Assembly (NCBI GenBank): GCA_023954095.1
Contig: JAMLIQ010000008.1
Span: 1,827 to 65,826 of the forward strand
Source: Burkholderiaceae bacterium
GTDB lineage: Bacteria > Pseudomonadota > Gammaproteobacteria > Burkholderiales > Burkholderiaceae_C
Direction of reading: 5' to 3'
DNA: 64,000 nucleotides
Below are positions 1 to 11,057 of this stretch, in pieces. The position numbers and the translations under genes are program-made. Under the pieces are notes generated by a model, which worked only from the letters and a program-made list of their open reading frames with translations, was not told the DNA's origin and searched no databases. Positions within the stretch are counted from its first letter, which is position 1; each line of letters begins with the position of its first letter.

Positions 1-1341
1 AGCAGCCGATGAAGGCAGTTCGCGCGCGCCGTACCGCGCCAGCGCAGGTTGCGCCAGGATCTCGCGCATGCGCCGAAAGCCGTGCACCATGCGGTCCATG
101 TCGGCCCGCTCACCCAGGAAATTGGGGTCTACCAGCGGCAGATCCATCGGATTGCTGCTGACCAGGCCCACACGGCCCCGGCTCACGGGCTGCAGCAGAC
201 AGACATGGCATGAGTAGCCATGGCCCAGCACGGTCTTGCGCCCATGGTCGACCAGCTTGCCAATCACAAAGTGCAGCTGCACATCGGGCGCGGGCTCCGA
301 CGGCTGGCTGCGGATGAAGCCCCCGGCTTCGGCAAAGTTGGTCGTCAGCATGCCGGTGCGGCGGCCGCGCCACTCCCCCACCCCGTTCCAGAGATTGCGC
401 AAACCCGGCAGAGACAGGCCGAACAGATCGGTCAGGTGGGGCGCATCCATCACCTGCACCACGTCGGGGTGGTCGTGCAGGTGCGCGCCCACGCCAGGCA
501 GATCGTGCAGCACTTCGATGCCGTGGCGCTGCAGTTCGGCGCCCGGGCCGATGCCCGAGAGCATGAGCAGTTGGGGCGAGAGCAGCGCACCGGCACTGAG
601 CAGCACTTCGCGGTTGCAGCGCAGCTGCTGCACGGCACCGCCCTGGCGGTATTCCACGCCCACGGCGCGGCGGTTTTCCACCAGGATGCGCGTGGCATGC
701 GCCCCGGTAATGACCTGCAGGTTGGGACGGGCCAGGTGCGGCGTAAGGTAGGCCTTGGCAGCGCTGAAACGCTCGCCATTGCGGTGGGTAACCTGGTACA
801 GCCCCACGCCTTCCTGCGAGGCGCCATTGAAGTCCGGGTTGTGCGCGTGGCCGGCCTGCACCCCGGCCTCGACAAACACCTGGCTGAACGGGTTGGGGGA
901 GCGCAGGTCCGCCACATTCAGCGGGCCGCCGCTGCCGTGCCATGCGTCGGCGCCGCGCTCGTTGTTTTCGGCCCGCTTGAAATACGGCAGCACATCGCTC
1001 CAGCCCCAGCCGGGGTTGCCCTGCGCGGCCCAGAAGTCATAGTCGGCGCTCTGCCCGCGCGCGTAGATCATGGCGTTGATCGAGCTGGAGCCCCCAAGCA
1101 CCTTGCCCCGGGGCTGGTAGCCGCGGCGCCCGCCCAGACCAGGCTGGGGCGTGGTGTTCTGGCCCCAGCCATTGAGCTCGTACTTGGCCATCACAGCCAG
1201 GCCTGCCGGGCAGTGGATGAGCACGCTCTTGTCGGCCGGGCCCGCCTCCAGCAGACAGACACGCACCGCCGGGTCTTCGCTCAAACGCCCTGCCAGCACA
1301 CTCCCGGCCGAGCCCCCTCCCACCACGATGTAATCGAACAT
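1..1341 (-). CDS. GMC family oxidoreductase (choline dehydrogenase-like); 3' end runs off the window
   Basis: Manual translation from ATG at 1341: MFDYIVVGGGSAGSVLAGRLSEDPAVRVCLLEAG, a GxGxxG FAD motif, followed by RGKVLGGSSSINAMIY. Absent from the ORF track because no stop lies in the window. Confidence 0.88.
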   Translation of the reverse strand, partial: MFDYIVVGGGSAGSVLAGRLSEDPAVRVCLLEAGPADKSVLIHCPAGLAVMAKYELNGWGQNTTPQPGLGGRRGYQPRGKVLGGSSSINAMIYARGQSADYDFWAAQGNPGWGWSDVLPYFKRAENNERGADAWHGSGGPLNVADLRSPNPFSQVFVEAGVQAGHAHNPDFNGASQEGVGLYQVTHRNGERFSAAKAYLTPHLARPNLQVITGAHATRILVENRRAVGVEYRQGGAVQQLRCNREVLLSAGALLSPQLLMLSGIGPGAELQRHGIEVLHDLPGVGAHLHDHPDVVQVMDAPHLTDLFGLSLPGLRNLWNGVGEWRGRRTGMLTTNFAEAGGFIRSQPSEPAPDVQLHFVIGKLVDHGRKTVLGHGYSCHVCLLQPVSRGRVGLVSSNPMDLPLVDPNFLGERADMDRMVHGFRRMREILAQPALARYGARELPSSAA

Positions 1342-1455
1342 GCCTCTCGTCCTTTGGCCGCCTGGGTTGGCTGCCCTGTCACCACCTTACTCGAAGCCGC
1401 GGGCAAATGCCGATACGATTCCCGGGTCTGTTTCACTTTGAAGAGGTTTCACTAT

Positions 1456-2304
1456 ATGGATATCAAGACAGTAGGCATCATCGGCGCCGGCACCATGGGC
1501 AATGGCATTGCGCAGGCCTGCGCGGTCTCGGGCGTGCACGTGGTGATGGTCGATATTTCGGAAGCTGCCGTGCAAAAAGGCCTGGCCACCGTCAGCGCCA
1601 GCCTCGACCGCCTGATCAAGAAAGAAAAGATTGCGCAGGCCGACAAGGATGCCGCGATGGCACGCATCAAGACCTCCACCAGCTACGACGACCTGAAGGA
1701 CGCCCAGCTCGTCATCGAGGCTGCCACTGAAAACTACGAACTCAAGCTCAAGATCCTCAAACAGGTCGATGGCATCGTCGGTCCCGGCGTCATCATCGCT
1801 TCCAACACCTCGTCGATCTCCATCACCAAGCTGGCCGCTGCCACCAGCCGCGCCGACAAGTTCATCGGCATGCACTTCTTCAACCCCGTGCCCATGATGG
1901 CGCTGGTGGAGATCATCCGGGGCCTGCAGACCTCGGACGCCACGCACGACGCCGTCAAGGCCATGGCCCTGGCGCTGGGCAAGAGCCCGATCACCGTGAA
2001 GAATGCGCCCGGTTTCGTGGTCAACCGCATCCTGGTCCCCATGATCAACGAGGCCTTCTTCGTGCTGGCTGAAGGCCTGGCCACGCCCGAGGACATCGAC
2101 GCCGGCATGAAGCTGGGCTGCAACCAGCCCATCGGTCCGCTGGCCCTGGCCGACATGGTGGGACTGGATGTGTGCCTCGCCGTGATGGATGTGTACCTGC
2201 AGGAGTTTGGCGACAGCAAGTACCGCGCCTGCCCCCTGCTGCGCGAAATGGTCGCCGCAGGCCGCCTGGGCCGTAAGACGGGCCAGGGCGTTTATACCTA
2301 CTGA
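1456..2304 (+). CDS. 3-hydroxybutyryl-CoA dehydrogenase
   Basis: MDIKTVGIIGAGTMGNGIA Rossmann motif, SNTSSISI, GMHFFNPVP, PGFVVNRIL; AAGAGG RBS upstream. Confidence 0.93.
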   Translation: MDIKTVGIIGAGTMGNGIAQACAVSGVHVVMVDISEAAVQKGLATVSASLDRLIKKEKIAQADKDAAMARIKTSTSYDDLKDAQLVIEAATENYELKLKILKQVDGIVGPGVIIASNTSSISITKLAAATSRADKFIGMHFFNPVPMMALVEIIRGLQTSDATHDAVKAMALALGKSPITVKNAPGFVVNRILVPMINEAFFVLAEGLATPEDIDAGMKLGCNQPIGPLALADMVGLDVCLAVMDVYLQEFGDSKYRACPLLREMVAAGRLGRKTGQGVYTY

Positions 2305-2324
2305 CCGCCCGCACGTCCGCACAA

Positions 2325-2349
2325 GGCGCCCCTCGGGGCGCTTTTTTTT
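2325..2349 (+). terminator. Rho-independent terminator
   Basis: GCGCCCC-TC-GGGGCGC hairpin followed by T8. Confidence 0.8.
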
Positions 2350-2392
2350 ACCAATCCCCTGAGCAGAACAGGGGATTGATTTATTCAAATTC

Positions 2393-2409
2393 GCACAATT
2401 CAATTGCAC
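2393..2409. promoter_or_regulatory. OhrR operator-like inverted repeat
   Basis: GCACAATTCAATTGCAC (CAATT-C-AATTG) just upstream of ohrR; resembles the known TACAATT-N-AATTGTA OhrR box. Confidence 0.75.
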
Positions 2410-2424
2410 GCAATAATTTAACCC

Positions 2425-2883
2425 ATGACATCGCCAGCATTCCCCGCCAACCCCAGCCCCGCCGCACTGCGGCTGGACCACCAGTTGTGTTTCGCGCTGT
2501 ACTCGGCCTCGCTGGCCATGACCAAGCTGTACAAGCCCCTGCTCGAAGCCATCGGCCTGACGTATCCGCAATACCTGGCAATGCTGGTGCTGTGGGAGCA
2601 GGACGGCCCCACGGTCTCCGAGCTGGGCGAACGCCTGAACCTGGACTCGGGCACGCTTACCCCGCTGCTCAAACGCCTGGAGGCCGCAGGCCTGGTGCAG
2701 CGCCAGCGCGATCCGCAGGACGAGCGCCGCGTACGCATCGCCCTCACCAGCGCCGGGCAGGCTCTGCGTGCGCGGGCCGAACCCATTCCCGCCTGCATCC
2801 TGGCACGCAGCCACCTGGCGTTGAGCGAGGTGCAAGCCCTCACACACCAGATCCAGGCTCTGCGCGACAGCCTGGGCCGCTAA
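2425..2883 (+). CDS. ohrR: MarR-family organic hydroperoxide resistance regulator
   Basis: LDHQLCFALYSAS with the sensing Cys, GLTYPQYL, LDSGTLTPLLKRLE; adjacent to ohr. Confidence 0.92.
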   Translation: MTSPAFPANPSPAALRLDHQLCFALYSASLAMTKLYKPLLEAIGLTYPQYLAMLVLWEQDGPTVSELGERLNLDSGTLTPLLKRLEAAGLVQRQRDPQDERRVRIALTSAGQALRARAEPIPACILARSHLALSEVQALTHQIQALRDSLGR

Positions 2884-2934
2884 AGTTTTCCCTCCCGCCC
2901 CCGCACGGGGCATCCCTACCGAAAGGCAAGCACC

Positions 2935-3351
2935 ATGACCACCCTCGACAAAGTTCTGTACACCGCCCGCGCCCACACCACCGGCGGCCGCGACGGCGCC
3001 TCGCGCACCGACGACGGGCGTCTGGATGTACAACTGTCCTCACCCGGCACCGCAGGCACCGGCACCAACCCAGAGCAGCTGTTTGCCGCAGGCTATTCGG
3101 CCTGCTTCATTGGCGCGCTCAAGGCAGTGGGCGGCATGCAGAAAATCACGATTCCGCAAGACGTAGCCGTGGATGCCGAAGTGGATCTGGGCCCCATCAC
3201 CGGCGGCTATGGCATCGCCGTGCGCATGACGGTGCACCTGCCCGGCATGGACCGCGCCGCCGCCCAGGCTCTGGTGGACACCGCCCACAAGGTGTGCCCC
3301 TACTCCAACGCCACACGCGGCAACATCGACATGACGCTGACACTGGCCTGA
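2935..3351 (+). CDS. ohr: Organic hydroperoxide resistance protein
   Basis: GGRDG, TNPEQLFAAGYSACF and VCPYSNATRGN motifs. Confidence 0.95.
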   Translation: MTTLDKVLYTARAHTTGGRDGASRTDDGRLDVQLSSPGTAGTGTNPEQLFAAGYSACFIGALKAVGGMQKITIPQDVAVDAEVDLGPITGGYGIAVRMTVHLPGMDRAAAQALVDTAHKVCPYSNATRGNIDMTLTLA

Positions 3352-3486
3352 TGGGCCACAGCGCCGGGAAGTGGGCAGCTATAGATCCTGCCCGGCGCAC
3401 AGCGCTGAACAGCACCACCCCGACCGGTGTCGCACAGGCGGCGGGCACTCCTTGAAACCATGGGCTCTTTCCCCTACCGTTGATCC

Positions 3487-4578
3487 ATGCACACCACCAC
3501 GCTCCTCGTCCGCAAGAACTCCTTGTCCGAAACGGAACTGCACCGCACGGCCCCGCTCCCGCTGGCCACCGGCCAGGTGCGCGTGCAGATCGATTGTTTT
3601 GCGCTGACCGCCAACAACATCACCTACGCGGCCATGGGCGACATGCTGCAGTACTGGCAGTTCTTTCCGGCCCCGGAGCCAGGCTGGGGCATCATTCCCG
3701 TGTGGGGTTTTGGCACAGTGCAGGAGTCGCTCCACCCGGCGGTGGCGGTGGGCGAACGGCTGTATGGGTACTGGCCCATGGCGAGCGAAGCCGTACTCAG
3801 CCCCGACAGGGTGTCGGCGGCCGGGTTCAGCGATGGCGCCGCGCACCGGGCCGGCCTGCATGCGGTCTACAACCACTACTTGCGCTGCAGCGCCGATCCC
3901 TTTTATCAACCTGGTACCGAAGAAATCCAGGCCTTGCTGCGCCCGCTGTACATCACATCCTGGCTCATCGACGACTTTCTGGCCGACCAGGATTTCTATG
4001 GCGCCCGCACACTGCTGCTGTCCAGCGCTTCCAGCAAGACGGCCTACGGCACCGCGTTCCAGCTCGCACAGCGCCCGGGCATGCACGTGGTCGGACTGAC
4101 CTCGCCCGCCAACCAGGCCTTCTGCGAAAGCCTGGGCTGCTACCACCGCGTGGTGGTGTATGACGAGCTGGCGCAACTGGCCGCCGATACACCGAGTGTC
4201 TATATCGACTTTGCCGGCAGCGTGGCACTGCGCCAGCGTATCCACCAACACTTCGCGCAACTGGCCTATAGCTGCTCCGTGGGCGCCAGCCACGTGGGCG
4301 ACCTGGGCGGCGCGGGGCAGTTGCCCGGCCCGCGCCCGGTGATGTTCTTTGCCCCCGCGCAAGTGAAAAAGCGCACCGGCGAATGGGGCGCACGCGGGCT
4401 GAACGACCGTCTGGTGGCCGCGTGGCAGGCCTTCAGCAGCGCGGTGCAGGCACCGCCCCGGCCCTGGATCACGGTGCAGCGGCACCAGGGACCGCAGGCC
4501 ACGCAGGCACTTTTCCTGGAACTGCTGCGCGGGCAGAGCGGCCCGCGCACAGGCCATGTCGCCCGCATGCGGCCCTGA
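3487..4578 (+). CDS. DUF2855-like protein
   Basis: FALTANNITYA, YWQFFP, PVWGFG, SSASSKTA motifs; MDR-like fold inferred. Confidence 0.75.
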   Translation: MHTTTLLVRKNSLSETELHRTAPLPLATGQVRVQIDCFALTANNITYAAMGDMLQYWQFFPAPEPGWGIIPVWGFGTVQESLHPAVAVGERLYGYWPMASEAVLSPDRVSAAGFSDGAAHRAGLHAVYNHYLRCSADPFYQPGTEEIQALLRPLYITSWLIDDFLADQDFYGARTLLLSSASSKTAYGTAFQLAQRPGMHVVGLTSPANQAFCESLGCYHRVVVYDELAQLAADTPSVYIDFAGSVALRQRIHQHFAQLAYSCSVGASHVGDLGGAGQLPGPRPVMFFAPAQVKKRTGEWGARGLNDRLVAAWQAFSSAVQAPPRPWITVQRHQGPQATQALFLELLRGQSGPRTGHVARMRP

Positions 4579-4610
4579 TCACCGGGCGCCACGGCACACC
4601 CCGGCACGGG

Positions 4611-6176
4611 CTAACCCGCCGTCAACCGCACAAGCGGCGCATCGGCCAGCCTGAAGCGCCCTACCAGGCGCTCGAGCACCGCCGCCTGCTCGCTCATGGC
4701 GCCAGCGGCAGCAGCGCTTTGCTCCACAAGGGCAGCGTTCTGCTGGGTCATCTGCTCCAACTCACCCACTGCAGTATTCACCTGCTGCATGTCGCGGCTT
4801 TGTTCGGCCGTGCTGGCGGTGATCTCCTCGATGATGCCGCTGACGCGCTGCACCGACTGCACGATTTCCTGCATGGTCTGCCCGGCGCGGTCCACCAGCG
4901 CCGTGCCGGCTTCCACGCTTTCCACCGACGCGGAAATCAGCGCCTTGACCTCGCGCGCGGCCTCTGCCGAGCGCCCGGCCAGCGAACGCACCTCGCTGGC
5001 CACCACCGCAAAACCGCGCCCCTGCTCTCCAGCGCGGGCCGCTTCCACCGCGGCGTTCAGTGCCAGGATGTTGGTCTGGAAGGCGATGCCGTCGATCACG
5101 GCAATGATGTCCACGATCTTCTTGGACGAGTGGTCGATGCGGTGCATGGTCTGCACCACCTCGCTCACCGACTGGCCGCCGCTTTGCGCCACGGTGTAGG
5201 CCGAAGCCGCCAGCGCGTTGGCCTCGCGGGCCGAGGCGGCCGACTGGCCGACGGCGCTGTTGAGGTGGTCCAGCGTGGACGATGCGCGCTGCAGGTTGGC
5301 CGCCGTGGCCTCGGTGCGGTTGGACAGGTCGTGGTTGCCATGGGCGATTTCCACGCTGGCGGCGCCAATGCTGCCCGCCGAACGCTGCACCTGCCCCACC
5401 AGCTTCGCCAGGGAGTCCGACATCTGGTCAAGCGCGCGCAGCACCTCGCCCATTTCATCCTGCCGGTCGGTGCTGATGTGCAGCGTCAGGTCGCCCGCGC
5501 CAATGGAGCGCGCCACCTGGGTGATGTAGGCCAGGGGCTCGGTCACGCTGCGCTGCACCAGCCGTGTGCCGATGCACACTGCCAAAATAATGATGCCCAT
5601 GATGCCCGCCACGCCCCACACGGTCTTCAGGCGCTCCGTGCCCGCCTTGTCGCGCAACCCGGTGGCGCCGCGCTCGGTCAGGCGCACCATCTCCTGCTGC
5701 GCGCTCTGAAACGCCTTGAGCTTGCCCTGGGTGTCGCCCTGGATGTGGGCCTGCAGTGCGGTGGCGTCGCCTGCGGTCTTGAGCTTTTGCGCTGCTTCCA
5801 GCGAAGCCTTCAGCGCCTGCGCCTGCTGCGTGGCGGCGTCCAGCGCGGCGCGCTCCATCGGGGTGGTGAGCAGCGTGCCCAGCGCCGATTGCACCTGTGC
5901 CAGCTCCTGCTGGTCCTGCTCCTGCCCGCCCTGCAGCAGGGCGGCCGAGGCCTCATCGGCCGCCAGCGCCGCGCCCAGGGTGCGCAGCGCCTGCGCTTCG
6001 GCCAGCCCGCGCCAGCGCGCGGCCAGCTCCAGCTTGCTTTGCTGGTCGGACTGCTCCTTGACCGTGATGGCCTGCGACTTCACCGTGCGCACCGCCGAGC
6101 CCGTGGCCATGAGAACCAGGCCGATGCTCACCGCAATGGCAGGAAGCCATATCTTGGTTTTGATGCTCAACGCCAT
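4611..6176 (-). CDS. Methyl-accepting chemotaxis protein
   Basis: Two TM segments, [34 protein letters not shown] signalling motif; start at [10 protein letters not shown]. Confidence 0.93.
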   Translation of the reverse strand: MALSIKTKIWLPAIAVSIGLVLMATGSAVRTVKSQAITVKEQSDQQSKLELAARWRGLAEAQALRTLGAALAADEASAALLQGGQEQDQQELAQVQSALGTLLTTPMERAALDAATQQAQALKASLEAAQKLKTAGDATALQAHIQGDTQGKLKAFQSAQQEMVRLTERGATGLRDKAGTERLKTVWGVAGIMGIIILAVCIGTRLVQRSVTEPLAYITQVARSIGAGDLTLHISTDRQDEMGEVLRALDQMSDSLAKLVGQVQRSAGSIGAASVEIAHGNHDLSNRTEATAANLQRASSTLDHLNSAVGQSAASAREANALAASAYTVAQSGGQSVSEVVQTMHRIDHSSKKIVDIIAVIDGIAFQTNILALNAAVEAARAGEQGRGFAVVASEVRSLAGRSAEAAREVKALISASVESVEAGTALVDRAGQTMQEIVQSVQRVSGIIEEITASTAEQSRDMQQVNTAVGELEQMTQQNAALVEQSAAAAGAMSEQAAVLERLVGRFRLADAPLVRLTAG

Positions 6177-6269
6177 TCGCCACTCCTTACAGTTCTGCGC
6201 GCGGAACGACCTCCGCATGTAACAAAGTATGACATGGCTTGGACTGGGCGTCGCAGCGAAAATCAGAGG

Positions 6270-7310
6270 ATGAACCCTATTCCCGACGCCGCGTCCCTCC
6301 ACCCCTACGCCGCCCTCACGCCCGACGCCGTGCTCGACGCCCTGGCCAGCACGGGCCTGTATGGCGACGGACGGCTCATGGCCCTGTCGTCCTACGAAAA
6401 CCGCGTGTACCAGGCCACGCTGGAGGACGGCAGCCGCGTGGTCGCCAAGTTCTACCGCCCGGGACGCTGGAGCGAGGCGCAGATTCTGGAAGAACATGCC
6501 TTTGCCGCCGAACTCATGGCTGCCGAAGTGCCCGCCGTGGGCCCGCTGGTGCTCAATGGCCGCACGCTGCATCCGTACGGAGGCTTCCAGTTCTCCGTCA
6601 GCCCCTGGCGCGGCGGGCGCCAGCCCGAGCTGGACGACTTCGAGGTGCTCGAATGGACCGGCCGTTTTCTCGCGCGCATCCACGCCGTGGGCGCCGCACG
6701 CCCTTTCACGCACCGCCCCACGCTGGACTTGCAGAGCTTTGGCACCGAGCCGCGCGACTGGCTGCTGGAGCACGCCCTGATCCCGCTCGATGTGCAGTCG
6801 GCCTGGCGCGAGGCCTGCAATATTGCTCTTGATTTGATAGCTACCAGCGCACAATCTACGGGCGTAGAAGGCCAATTCGGCTTAAAAAACGCCACGCCAC
6901 TGCGCCTGCACGGCGACTGCCACCCCGGCAACATCCTCTGGACGCCGCTGGACGAATGGGGACGCGGCGGCCCGCACTTCGTGGACCTGGACGACGCCCG
7001 CATGGGCCCCGCTGTGCAGGACCTGTGGATGCTGCTGTCGGGCGACCGGCGCCAGCGCACGCACCAGCTCGGCGCCCTGCTCGACGGCTACGAGCAGTTC
7101 CGCCCCTTCGACCGCCGCGAGCTGGCCCTCATCGAGCCGCTGCGCACCCTGCGCCTGATCCACTACAGCGCGTGGCTCGCCCGCCGCTGGGAAGACCCGA
7201 TCTTCCCCATCAACTTCCCCTGGTTCGGCACCAGCGACTACTGGCGCGGGCAGGTGGACATGCTGCACGAGCAGATCGAGGCAATGGAAGAAGCCCCGCT
7301 GGTGGTGTGA
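6270..7310 (+). CDS. srkA: Stress response Ser/Thr kinase SrkA (RdoA/YihE family)
   Basis: [47 protein letters not shown]; GAGG upstream of ATG. Confidence 0.92.
   Translation: MNPIPDAASLHPYAALTPDAVLDALASTGLYGDGRLMALSSYENRVYQATLEDGSRVVAKFYRPGRWSEAQILEEHAFAAELMAAEVPAVGPLVLNGRTLHPYGGFQFSVSPWRGGRQPELDDFEVLEWTGRFLARIHAVGAARPFTHRPTLDLQSFGTEPRDWLLEHALIPLDVQSAWREACNIALDLIATSAQSTGVEGQFGLKNATPLRLHGDCHPGNILWTPLDEWGRGGPHFVDLDDARMGPAVQDLWMLLSGDRRQRTHQLGALLDGYEQFRPFDRRELALIEPLRTLRLIHYSAWLARRWEDPIFPINFPWFGTSDYWRGQVDMLHEQIEAMEEAPLVV
6823..6888 (+). repeat. ~66-bp AT-rich repeat, family A copy 1 (in frame inside srkA)
   Basis: TTGCT-N9-ATAGCT-N3-AGCGC-N10-GGCGTAGAAGGCC; motif spacing shared with five other copies. 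Confidence 0.8.
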
Positions 7311-7421
7311 GGAGCCGAGCAGGCCGCTCCACACGCGGGGCTGCCGGGACACAGGGTTGAACACATCGGTACTTCTGTTTATGCTGCAAGACACCTGTCC
7401 ACTCTGCGATGTGATTCAACC

Positions 7422-7754
7422 ATGAAAGACATGCTGCGCACGCTCTTTTCCATCCGGCAAAAGCGCCGCACCCCGCCCGTGGGGCCGGTGCCTGCGGTGG
7501 GCGTTTCGATCGCCCGTGGCCCCGTCAAGATGACCATCAACCAGCCTGTCTCCCGCGATTTCTGGAACTGGATGGTTTTGTCGGGCTGGCGCAATGTCCC
7601 GGTTCAGACAGATCGCCGCGAAAGCGTACAGTTACCGGAAAATTCTCTCCAGCAACTTCTGGAAGCATCGCCCCAGGAACGCAACGCCGTCCACGCACGA
7701 CTGCTTGCGCTGGCCAAGCAGTCCGCCAGCAGCATGCCAGCCAGAAGCCGCTGA
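7422..7754 (+). CDS. Hypothetical protein
   Basis: 110-aa ORF filling the intergenic space, followed by a terminator; no recognised domain. Confidence 0.6.
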   Translation: MKDMLRTLFSIRQKRRTPPVGPVPAVGVSIARGPVKMTINQPVSRDFWNWMVLSGWRNVPVQTDRRESVQLPENSLQQLLEASPQERNAVHARLLALAKQSASSMPARSR

Positions 7755-7767
7755 TCCGCGCCCTATC

Positions 7768-7807
7768 AAAAAACCCCGGCAGCACGCAGGCGCTGCCGGG
7801 GTTTTTT
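7768..7807. terminator. Bidirectional Rho-independent terminator
   Basis: AAAAAACCCCGGCAGC...GCTGCCGGGGTTTTTT between convergent genes. Confidence 0.88.
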
Positions 7808-7857
7808 GATGGCTGCATACAGCGCCCGGCCCCCGGACACTGCACGCGAATCATTCA

Positions 7858-9834
7858 TCAGGCCAGCAAGGCGTTCACCCTGCGTACGTAGGCCGCCGGG
7901 TCTTCGGGCAAGCCCCCTTCGGCCAGCAAGGCCTGGTCGAACAGGATGTGGGCCAGGTCGTGGAAATGCACGCTGCCGTCAAGCTTTTTGACCAGCGGGT
8001 GCTCGGGGTTCACTTCCAGCACCGGCTTGGATTCCGGCGCGCTCTGGCCGGCCTGCTTGAGCATGCGGGCGAGCTGGGTGCTCATGCCATCGTCCTGCAC
8101 CACCAGGCAGGCAGGCGAATCGACCAGGCGCGAGGTGACGCGCACGTCTTCGGCCTTGTCCTTGAGGGCTTCCTTGAGCTTGGCGAGCAGCGGTTTGAAA
8201 GCCTCGGCGGCCTCCTCTGCCGCCTTCTTCTCGGCCTCATCCTGGAGCTTGCCCAGGTCGACCGCACCCTTGGCGACCGACTGCAGCGGCGTACCGTCGA
8301 AATCGTGCAGGTAGTTCAGCGCCCACTCGTCAACCCGGTCGGTCATGAGCAGCACCTCGATGCCCTTTTTCTTGAACACTTCGAGCTGCGGGCTGTTCTT
8401 GGCAGCGGCCAGCGTGTCGGCGGTGATGTAGTAGATAGCCTCCTGGCCTTCCTTCATGCGCGCCTTGTAGTCGGTGAACGAGACGCTTGTGGAGTCGCTT
8501 TGCGTCGATGCAAAGCGCAGCAGCTTGGCCAAACGTTCGCGGTTGCCAAAGTCTTCGCCCAGGCCTTCCTTGAGCACCGCGCCGAACTCGGCGTAGAACT
8601 GGCTGTACTTGCCTTCCTTGGCCTTGTCGTCGGCGTCGACCACATCGGTCACAGCATCGGCACCCTCGGCCGGTGCGTCATGCTTGTCGTGCCTGGCCAG
8701 GTCTTCCAGCATCGACAGAACCCGCTTGGTCGAGCCTTCGCGGATCGCGCGCACGTCGCGGCTTTCCTGCAGCAGTTCGCGGCTGACGTTGAGCGGCAGG
8801 TCGCTGGAATCGATCACGCCTTTCACAAAGCGCAGGTAGCTGGGCATCAGCGCCTCGGCGTCGTCCATGATGAAGACGCGCTTGACGTACAGCTTGATGC
8901 CGGCCTTCTTGTCGCGGTTCCACAGGTCGAACGGCGCCTTGGCGGGGATGTAGAGCAGTTGCGTGTACTCGGTGTTGCCCTCGACGCGGTTGTGCGCCCA
9001 GGTCAACGGGTTTTCGTGGTCGTGGCTGATGGCCTTGTAGAAGTCCTGGTACTGCTCGTCGGTGACGTCCTTCTTGGGGCGCGTCCACAGGGCGCTGGCC
9101 TTGTTGACGGCTTCCCACTCGCCCGTCTTGACCATGCCGCCGGGCTGGCGGCCGCCGTTCTCGTTCGATGGATCGATCAGCTCGCCGTCTTTCCACTCTT
9201 CCTTTTCCATCAGGATGGGCAGGCTGATGTGGTCGGAGTATTTGGCGATGACGCTCTTGAGCTTCCAGGCGTTCAAGTATTCGTCGGCATCAGCCTTGAG
9301 GTGCAGGATGACGCTGGTACCGCGCGCCGGGCGGTCGATCTGTTCCACCTGGAAGTCGCCGGTGCCGGTGCTGACCCAGCGCACGCCCTCGCTGGCCGGC
9401 AGGCCCGCGCGGCGAGACTCGACGGTGATCTTGTCGGCGACGATGAAGCCCGAATAGAAGCCAACGCCGAACTGGCCGATGAGCTGCGCGTCTGCTTTTT
9501 GGTCACCGGTGAGCCTGCCCATGAAATCCTTGGTGCCGCTCTTGGCAATGGTGCCCAGGTGCTCGATGGCTTCCTGCGCACTCATGCCGATGCCGTTGTC
9601 GGCAATGGTGAGCGTCTTGGCATCCCTGTCGAAGGACACGCGCACTTCCAGGTTGGGCGCATCTTCGTACAGCGCGGGCTTGTCCAGCGCCTCGAAACGC
9701 AGCTTGTCGCAGGCGTCCGAGGCGTTGGAGATCAGCTCGCGCACGAAGATTTCAGGGTTCGAATACAGCGAATGCGTGACCAGGTGCAGCAGCTGGGCCA
9801 CTTCGGCCTGAAAGGACAGGGTTTGTTTGCTCAT
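7858..9834 (-). CDS. htpG: Molecular chaperone HtpG (Hsp90)
   Basis: [48 protein letters not shown]. Confidence 0.97.
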   Translation of the reverse strand: MSKQTLSFQAEVAQLLHLVTHSLYSNPEIFVRELISNASDACDKLRFEALDKPALYEDAPNLEVRVSFDRDAKTLTIADNGIGMSAQEAIEHLGTIAKSGTKDFMGRLTGDQKADAQLIGQFGVGFYSGFIVADKITVESRRAGLPASEGVRWVSTGTGDFQVEQIDRPARGTSVILHLKADADEYLNAWKLKSVIAKYSDHISLPILMEKEEWKDGELIDPSNENGGRQPGGMVKTGEWEAVNKASALWTRPKKDVTDEQYQDFYKAISHDHENPLTWAHNRVEGNTEYTQLLYIPAKAPFDLWNRDKKAGIKLYVKRVFIMDDAEALMPSYLRFVKGVIDSSDLPLNVSRELLQESRDVRAIREGSTKRVLSMLEDLARHDKHDAPAEGADAVTDVVDADDKAKEGKYSQFYAEFGAVLKEGLGEDFGNRERLAKLLRFASTQSDSTSVSFTDYKARMKEGQEAIYYITADTLAAAKNSPQLEVFKKKGIEVLLMTDRVDEWALNYLHDFDGTPLQSVAKGAVDLGKLQDEAEKKAAEEAAEAFKPLLAKLKEALKDKAEDVRVTSRLVDSPACLVVQDDGMSTQLARMLKQAGQSAPESKPVLEVNPEHPLVKKLDGSVHFHDLAHILFDQALLAEGGLPEDPAAYVRRVNALLA

Positions 9835-9911
9835 AGGTTTGGGGGACGAAACAAAGACGTGGAAAGAGGCTTGGGCACCGCACCCACCGGACGCAGCGCC
9901 TGCAGGCGGGC

Positions 9912-9940
9912 ATATAGGGGCGGCAGCACCGGGTTTCAAG
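9912..9940 (-). promoter_or_regulatory. Sigma-32 (RpoH) promoter of htpG
   Basis: Minus strand CTTGAAA-N13-CCCCTATAT, close to the CTTGAAA-N13/17-CCCCATNT consensus, upstream of a heat-shock gene. Confidence 0.8.
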
Positions 9941-9997
9941 CCGCCAGGCCCACAACGGAGGCCCGAATGCGCTGCGGCGCTGTCTCCAGCGCCGTAC

Positions 9998-10063
9998 AAA
10001 ATTCAAAATTGATAGCTACTTGCGCTTTCCATATAAGCGCTAGAGTGCATTTTTGCCGTGATT
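9998..10063 (+). repeat. Family A repeat copy 2 (intergenic)
   Basis: AATTGATAGCTACTTGCGCTTTCCATATAAGCGCTAGAG; abuts the stop codon of the DHH gene; 5' TTGCT motif degenerate. Confidence 0.78.
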
Positions 10064-10064
10064 T

Positions 10065-11000
10065 TCAACCGTCGGCATTGATGCGCTGCACCAGCATTTG
10101 CAGCATGCCGTCGGCCTTGTCGTTGGCCAGCTGGCAGGTGCCCGCCGCTGCATGGCCCCCGCCGCCGAACTCGAGCATCAGGTTGCCCACATGCGTCTTG
10201 CTGCTGCGGTCCAGGATGGACTTGCCGACGGCCAGCACGGTGTTCTGCTTTTGCAGGCCCCACATCACATGGATGGAGATGTTGGCTGTGGGAAACAGCG
10301 CATAGATCATGAAGCGGTTGGTGGCCCAGATGGTGTCCTCGGGCCGCAGGTCGAGCACCACCAGGTTGCCGATCTGCGTGGCGCACTGCAGTATCTGATC
10401 CTTGGCCCGGGCCGCATGGTCGCGGTACAGCGCCACGCGCTCCTGCACATCGGGCAGTTCCAGAATCTGCGCAATGGTGTGGTCGCGGCAGTACTGGATC
10501 AGGTCCATCATCAGCGCGTAGTTGCTGATGCGAAACTCCCGAAAACGCCCCAGGCCGGTGCGCGAATCCATCAGGTAGTTCAGCAGCACCCACCCCTGCG
10601 GGTCGAGGATGTCTTCGCGCGAGTACTGGGCCGAATCGGCCTGGTCCACCGCCGCCATCATCTCGTCGGTGATGCGCGGGAAAGCCGCCTTGCCGCCGTA
10701 GTGGTTGTAGACCACACGCGCGGCCGACGGTGCATGGGCTTCAATGATGTGGTTGACGTCGCGCCGCCCCGCATTGCGCACCGTTTCGGATTCGTGGTGG
10801 TCGAACACCAGGTGCGCGCCCGGCACGTAGGGCAGGTTGGTGGTGATGTCGCGCCCAGTGATGGCGATCTTGCCGTCCTGCATGTCCTTGGGGTGCACGA
10901 AGGTGATCTCATCGATCAGGTCCAGCTCGTTGAGCAGCACGGCGCACACCAGGCCGTCAAAGTCGCTGCGCGTCACCAAACGGTATTTGTCGTTACTCAC
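10065..11000 (-). CDS. DHH-family phosphoesterase (exopolyphosphatase-like/nanoRNase-like)
   Basis: RSDFDGLVCA, FDHH, GGGGHAAAGTCQ; AGGAGA RBS before GTG. Confidence 0.85.
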   Translation of the reverse strand: MSNDKYRLVTRSDFDGLVCAVLLNELDLIDEITFVHPKDMQDGKIAITGRDITTNLPYVPGAHLVFDHHESETVRNAGRRDVNHIIEAHAPSAARVVYNHYGGKAAFPRITDEMMAAVDQADSAQYSREDILDPQGWVLLNYLMDSRTGLGRFREFRISNYALMMDLIQYCRDHTIAQILELPDVQERVALYRDHAARAKDQILQCATQIGNLVVLDLRPEDTIWATNRFMIYALFPTANISIHVMWGLQKQNTVLAVGKSILDRSSKTHVGNLMLEFGGGGHAAAGTCQLANDKADGMLQMLVQRINADG

Positions 11001-11057
11001 GTTCTCTCCTTGTTGCCCCTGCGGCCGACACATATGGTAACGCGGCCGCACGGCGAA

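Noticed and set aside
220-1455. Long N-terminal extension of the 694-aa ORF before the hydroxybutyryl-CoA dehydrogenase
   Set aside because: It is antisense to the GMC oxidoreductase; the real start is 1456 with an RBS.
3352-3390. Possible seventh family A copy (minus strand ATAGCTGCC...GGCGCTGTGGCC) after ohr
   Set aside because: Spacing does not fit and the TTGCT and AGCGC motifs are missing; too degenerate to support.
4383-6269. Apparent 975-aa kinase fusion
   Set aside because: The upstream part is the antisense of the MCP gene; SrkA begins at 6270.
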